Of a stretch of 64,000 bases of DNA, positions 59,469-64,000 are shown one piece after another. The notes under the pieces were generated by a model. It ran no database searches. It was not told where the DNA came from and saw only the letters and a program-made list of their open reading frames with translations. Source of the stretch: a bacterium (GTDB lineage: Bacteria > Patescibacteriota > Minisyncoccia > Phycocordibacterales > UBA9973); the NCBI GenBank assembly GCA_027484965.1, contig JAIXRY010000015.1:91807-155806 (forward strand), given 5' to 3'. The position numbers were made by a program, and so were the translations under genes. Numbering within the stretch: the stretch's first letter is position 1; every line of letters begins with the position of its first letter.

Positions 59469-59903
59469 ATGCTTATTGGCGAATACACACACACCCTTGA
59501 TGAAAAAAAACGCATTTCGCTTCCTATAAAGTTCCGAAAGGAGCTTGGGAATGAAGTGGTTATTACTCCAGGGCTTGATCAATGTTTATTTGTCTTTCCA
59601 ATAAGTGAATGGGAAAAGATTTCTTTAAAGTTATCAGATACATCAATTCTTCAAAAAGACCCACGAAGTTTTAATCGTCATTTCTTTGGGCAAGCCTCTG
59701 TTGTAGATGTGGATACGAATGGTCGTATTCTTCTACCAGAACGTCTAAAAGGAAAAGCAGGTTTAAGTAAAAATGTTGTCTTTATTGGCGTTCAAAGCCG
59801 TGTCGAAATGTGGGATGAAGCAACGTGGATATCTTACCGTGATGAAATAGAAAAAGGTGCTGACGATCTTGCCGAGAAGCTTGGCAGTGTCGGTATCTTA
59901 TAG
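59469..59903 (+). CDS. mraZ: transcriptional regulator MraZ
   Basis: MLIGEYTHTLDEKKRISLPIKFR duplicated-MraZ-domain protein. Confidence 0.85.
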   Translation: MLIGEYTHTLDEKKRISLPIKFRKELGNEVVITPGLDQCLFVFPISEWEKISLKLSDTSILQKDPRSFNRHFFGQASVVDVDTNGRILLPERLKGKAGLSKNVVFIGVQSRVEMWDEATWISYRDEIEKGADDLAEKLGSVGIL

Positions 59904-60804
59904 AAGGAATATGACACATATTCCTGTACTTTTAAAAGAAGCTGTTCTCGGACTTGACCTTAAGTCAGGGAACACTTATCTCGATGGAACACTTGGTTCT
60001 GGGGGTCATGCACGTTTTGTGTGTGAACATTTTGGCCCGTCAATTCGTGTTATTGGTATTGACCGTGACTTAGATGCGATTAATCGTGCAGAGGGAACGT
60101 TCAAATATCTTCCAAACGAACACCATTTTGTTCTTGATGAATTTCGCAACTTAGACAATGTGCTTTCAAATTTACATATTGAAAAAGTTGACGGAATTCT
60201 TTTCGATTTAGGTATAAGTTCTCCTCATGTTGATACATCAGGTAGAGGATTCTCTTTTATGAGAGATGAACCTCTTCTTATGACTATGCAAAAAGATCCA
60301 AAAGAGGATGTAATGACCGCATACGATATTGTAAATACATGGGCGGAAGAGAACTTGGAAACTATACTTCGATATTATGGCGAAGAAAAATATTCACGTC
60401 GTATTGCTCGAAATATAGTCTCAAAAAGAGAAGAAAAACCAATCAAAACAACCTTTGAATTAGTTGCCATCATTAAAGAAGCTGTTCCTGCTCTGTATCG
60501 TTTTGGGAGAATACATCCAGCAACAAGAACTTTCCAAGCAATAAGAATCGCTGTTAATGATGAATTAGAGAATATAAAAGAAGGTTTGAAAAAAGGTTTT
60601 GATTCTCTTGCACCAGGAGGCACATTCGCAGTTATTAGTTTTCATTCTCTTGAAGATAGAATTGTAAAACATTTCTTTCAAGATAAAGTAAAAGAAGAAA
60701 CTGCATTTTTAATACAACGAAAGCCTATCATTCCGACAGATGAAGAAATAGAAAGTAATCCAAGGTCACGAAGTTCGAAGTTGCGCATTATTAGAAAATT
60801 ATAA
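59857..60804 (+). CDS. rsmH: 16S rRNA (cytosine1402-N4)-methyltransferase RsmH
   Basis: HIPVLLKE, DGTLGSGGHA; likely start at internal Met 59911. Confidence 0.85.
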   Translation: MLTILPRSLAVSVSYRRNMTHIPVLLKEAVLGLDLKSGNTYLDGTLGSGGHARFVCEHFGPSIRVIGIDRDLDAINRAEGTFKYLPNEHHFVLDEFRNLDNVLSNLHIEKVDGILFDLGISSPHVDTSGRGFSFMRDEPLLMTMQKDPKEDVMTAYDIVNTWAEENLETILRYYGEEKYSRRIARNIVSKREEKPIKTTFELVAIIKEAVPALYRFGRIHPATRTFQAIRIAVNDELENIKEGLKKGFDSLAPGGTFAVISFHSLEDRIVKHFFQDKVKEETAFLIQRKPIIPTDEEIESNPRSRSSKLRIIRKL

Positions 60805-60816
60805 CCACTATTATTT

Positions 60817-61155
60817 ATGTCACTATCACAAACAAAAGAAAGAGTAATAGATATCTTTAATGGATCTCTTGAACGATTTGTTCGTTCTGCTATGATTCTA
60901 TCTGCTGCTTTATTTTTTGTGTACGTGATTGTAGTCGGGCTAATTACTTTTAGTGTGGTTCACCGAAAAACCGTTCAAGGGCAAACAAAACAACTTCGCT
61001 CTGATATTGCTTCACTTGAGCTTTCATATCTTGCACAAGCAAATACTATTGATATGGCGTATGTACAAACACTTGGTTATACCGAGGTTAAAAATCCTAC
61101 ATATACCAATCGCACAGAAGGTCTAGCATTGCTTAGTACTCATGAATCTCTCTAA
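60817..61155 (+). CDS. ftsL: FtsL-like cell division protein
   Basis: 112 aa, single TM, positioned between rsmH and ftsI as in dcw clusters. Confidence 0.45.
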   Translation: MSLSQTKERVIDIFNGSLERFVRSAMILSAALFFVYVIVVGLITFSVVHRKTVQGQTKQLRSDIASLELSYLAQANTIDMAYVQTLGYTEVKNPTYTNRTEGLALLSTHESL

Positions 61156-62860
61156 AATCAAAAACAACTCCAGAACAAATTTTCTATCCTATGGAATTGT
61201 TCTCATAGGCTTCCTTATTGTAGTGAGGCTTTTTTCTTTGCAGATAATACATAAGTCTGATTATGCTGATAAGGCTGATAGGCAATATACAACCCCTAAA
61301 GGTTCTATTTTTGATAGAGGAACAATATTCTTTACCAAAAAAGATGGAAGTCTCGTATCTGCAGGAACTGTTATGACGGGTTTTAAAGTTGCAATAAATC
61401 CAAAACAAATCGTTGAACCAGAAAAAACTTATGAAGTCATTAATGCTATTACTCCTATAGATAAAAAAGATTTTATAGACAGAACAAAAAAGAAAAATGA
61501 TCCATACGAAGAAATAAAAGTACATCTCACAAAAGAGGTGGCTGATAGAATAGACTCACTAAAAATAACAGGAGTCTCTATTTATCAAGATAAGTGGCGT
61601 TTTTATCCCGGAGGAACGCTCGCATCCCACGTGATAGGTTTTGTTTCTTTTAAGGGAGACGATCTTCTTGGGAGATATGGAATAGAAAGATCCTATAACG
61701 ACACACTTTCTCGTGGCAAAAAAGATCCTTATATAAATTTCTTTGCTGAAGTTTTCTCTAACATTAGAGAAACTCTGTTTAGTCGTGATGATATTGAAGG
61801 TGATATTGTGATGAGTATTGAACCAACAGTCCAAGCGTATGCAGAAAAAAGTTTGCAAAATTTGAATACAAAATGGAGTCCAGATAGTGCTGGTATTATA
61901 ATCCTTAATCCTAATACTGGGTCTATTTATGCGATGGCTGCAACTCCAGATTTTAATCCTAATGAATTTAACAAATTAAAAACAGGATTTTCTTTTTCAA
62001 ATCCTCTTGTAGAAAGTGTTATAGAAATGGGGTCTGTAATCAAACCTTTAGTTATCGCTGCTGGTCTTGATACTGGTGTTGTAACAGCTACTACGACTTA
62101 TTTAGATACTGGTTCTGTGCGTGTTGCAGATAAGGTTATAAATAACTTTGATAAAAAAGGTAGAGGTACGGTAAATATACAAGAAGTTCTTAATCAGTCT
62201 CTTAATACAGGGATGGTGTTTGTTGAACAAAAATTAGGGAAACAAAAGTTTCGTGACTATATGCTCGGATACAAAATAGGTGAGAAAACTGGTATTGATT
62301 TACCGGGAGAGGTTTCTGGTATTGTTTCAAACTTGAAAGCTCCTGGAGATGTCGAATATGCTAATGCTGCTTTTGGACAAGGTATCGCGCTTACACCGGT
62401 AGCAGCAGCTCGCGCTTTCTCTGTTATTGCAAACGGTGGTAATCTCATAACTCCTCATATTGTTGATAGAATAAACTTTAATATGGATAAAGATAAGAAA
62501 GTTGGAGCAGAGCCCACTCCTCTAGGACTTCTAAAGCCAGAAACAACAAAAGAAATAACTCGTATGCTTGTTGATGTTGTAGATAATTATGGAAGTGGTT
62601 CTTATAAACTTGATCGCTATACAATTGCAGGTAAGACAGGAACAGCTCAAGTAGCTGATCTCAATAATGGAGGATATTACAAAGATCAGCATACTCACTC
62701 TTTCTTTGGATATTTCCCAGCATATCAGCCAAAGTTTTTAATTTATTTATACGTAAAAAATCCTAAAGGTGCTCAATTTGCATCACAATCCGTACTTCCT
62801 GTATTTATGGAAAATACAAAATTTCTTTTGAATTACTATGAAGTTCCTCCTGATAGATAA
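61142..62860 (+). CDS. ftsI: peptidoglycan transpeptidase FtsI (PBP3-like)
   Basis: N-terminal TM, PBP dimer domain, SVIKP / SLN / KTGTA motifs; dcw position. Confidence 0.8.
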   Translation: MNLSKIKNNSRTNFLSYGIVLIGFLIVVRLFSLQIIHKSDYADKADRQYTTPKGSIFDRGTIFFTKKDGSLVSAGTVMTGFKVAINPKQIVEPEKTYEVINAITPIDKKDFIDRTKKKNDPYEEIKVHLTKEVADRIDSLKITGVSIYQDKWRFYPGGTLASHVIGFVSFKGDDLLGRYGIERSYNDTLSRGKKDPYINFFAEVFSNIRETLFSRDDIEGDIVMSIEPTVQAYAEKSLQNLNTKWSPDSAGIIILNPNTGSIYAMAATPDFNPNEFNKLKTGFSFSNPLVESVIEMGSVIKPLVIAAGLDTGVVTATTTYLDTGSVRVADKVINNFDKKGRGTVNIQEVLNQSLNTGMVFVEQKLGKQKFRDYMLGYKIGEKTGIDLPGEVSGIVSNLKAPGDVEYANAAFGQGIALTPVAAARAFSVIANGGNLITPHIVDRINFNMDKDKKVGAEPTPLGLLKPETTKEITRMLVDVVDNYGSGSYKLDRYTIAGKTGTAQVADLNNGGYYKDQHTHSFFGYFPAYQPKFLIYLYVKNPKGAQFASQSVLPVFMENTKFLLNYYEVPPDR

Positions 62861-62886
62861 ATATTAATACATAAAACAAAATAAAA

Positions 62887-62926
62887 ATACAAGAGCGGAA
62901 CCCTTCGGGTTCCGCTCTTGTATTTC
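62887..62926 (+). terminator. rho-independent terminator
   Basis: aatacaagagcggaaccc-ttc-gggttccgctcttgtattt. Confidence 0.65.
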
Positions 62927-62967
62927 TCTAACACTTTTCCCCACAAAAACCTATAAAATCTATACTA

Positions 62968-64000
62968 TAATAAACACATGTTAAGTACTCTCAAGTACTT
63001 CTTGAGCCGAGCCTACACGATAGTATCTATCGTGCTTTTTGTACTATCTTACGGAGCTCTCAAAGTATCAGCTATATACTATCCTACAGATAATATAACA
63101 AACCCTACATGTGCACCAGGGGACTCTGGTTGTTATGTATCTTTACTTCCTGACCAAACATCTAATGCAGGGAAGTTTTTGACTACAAACGGCACTACTA
63201 CATCTTGGGCTACGGTGTCTGGTGGTATTTCAAGTTTCAACACTAGAACAGGTGCTATCACTTTAACATCTGGTGATGTAACTGGAGCTCTAGCGTACAC
63301 ACCTTTAAATAAAACTGGAGATACGATGACTGGAGACTTGAATTTGTTAAATATTCAAGCATCTACTTCTTCTGGAATTAATCTAAAAAATATCGGGGGT
63401 ACAACAATTTTTAATGTTGGGTCTGGTAGTGGAGTAAATGCAACAATCACTGCTCCATTAGCTTTAACGGGTGCTTTAACTCAAACAGGAAACGCAGACG
63501 CAGTTCAACTTCGCGTTCGAGGACACAGCACTCAAACTTCAGACTTGACTCAATGGGTGAATTCTTCTGGAACAGTTCTTAATTCAATCAGTGGAGCTGG
63601 TAACGCTGTTTTTGGGCCATCTATCGCACAAGTTCCAAAGGTAGGAATTAGTACAACTAACATCAATCAACCTCTTTTAGTTTTAAAAGCTCCTACTTCT
63701 TTCGCATCATTTTTATTTTTTGCTTTAGATTCTTCTGGGGTTCAAGTTGCTACTATTCATAATTCTGGTGAAAGTATTTTTAAATCTATTACAACAAGGA
63801 GTTCTTTAAACATTGAATCTACAGGAGATGCAACTATTTTTGTCGGTTCTCCAGACGGTGCTACATCTTCGATTGATTTTTTTTCAGATGGTAATGCAAA
63901 TTTTAAGGTTTTAGTAGAACCTTCAACAGATAATTTTATTATAAAGGATGAGGAGACTAATACTCCTTGGTTTAATATTGATAGAGCTAATCGTCGTGTT
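62968..64000 (+). CDS. tail-fibre-like surface protein paralog, partial (runs off window end)
   Basis: ATG at 62968, open to the window end; N-terminus VSAIYYPTDNITNPTCAPGDSGCYVSLLPDQ is near-identical at DNA level to 23720-23840; contains the GDTMTGDL motif common in phage tail-fibre proteins. Confidence 0.5.

Overview
This 64 kb window looks like a low-GC, reduced genome of the Patescibacteria/CPR type using the standard genetic code. The assignment rests on compact housekeeping operons, a short IF-2 of 496 aa, a short ribosomal protein S1 of about 350 aa, and many small membrane proteins.

Housekeeping genes recognisable from conserved protein motifs are:
- Replication and DNA topology: dnaE, rnhB, gyrA, topA, dprA, dnaX.
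- Translation and protein processing: fmt-def-hisS-lepB, pth, rpsA, rbfA-infB, serS, a dus-family tRNA-dihydrouridine synthase, lysS.
- Other: clpB, greA, a malic enzyme, two class-B penicillin-binding proteins (PBPs), and a truncated division/cell-wall cluster mraZ-rsmH-ftsL-ftsI preceded by MraZ-box direct repeats.

The non-housekeeping content is concentrated in three places.
- 16.7-21.1 kb: five paralogous signal-peptide plus two-TM pilin-like proteins that resemble the TrbC/VirB2 T4SS-pilin family. One is fused to a roughly 640-aa extracellular domain. An SPFH/NfeD-like pair follows.
- 23.6-27.3 kb: a 1206-aa tail-fibre-like surface protein. It has Hep_Hag/tail-fibre-like N-x-A-x-G repeats, eight Asp-box (S-P-D-G-x-x-W-T) propeller repeats, and a C-terminal peptidase-S74 intramolecular-chaperone domain. 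Its codon usage is mosaic. It sits between four minus-strand tRNA genes (Leu-TAG, Lys-CTT, Leu-TAA, Cys-GCA). Those tRNA genes are embedded in long palindromes built from inverted copies of their own 3' arms, with nearby duplicated tRNA fragments and a conserved spacer motif. A paralog with a near-identical N-terminal module starts at 62968 and runs off the window.
- 45.5-53.6 kb: a tRNA-Gln with flanking pseudo-copies, several orphan proteins, a Fur-family regulator divergent from a His-rich membrane protein with a perfect palindromic operator, and a histidine kinase/receiver/CPBP-protease cluster.

No integrase, transposase, phage structural gene, CRISPR array or rRNA was seen.
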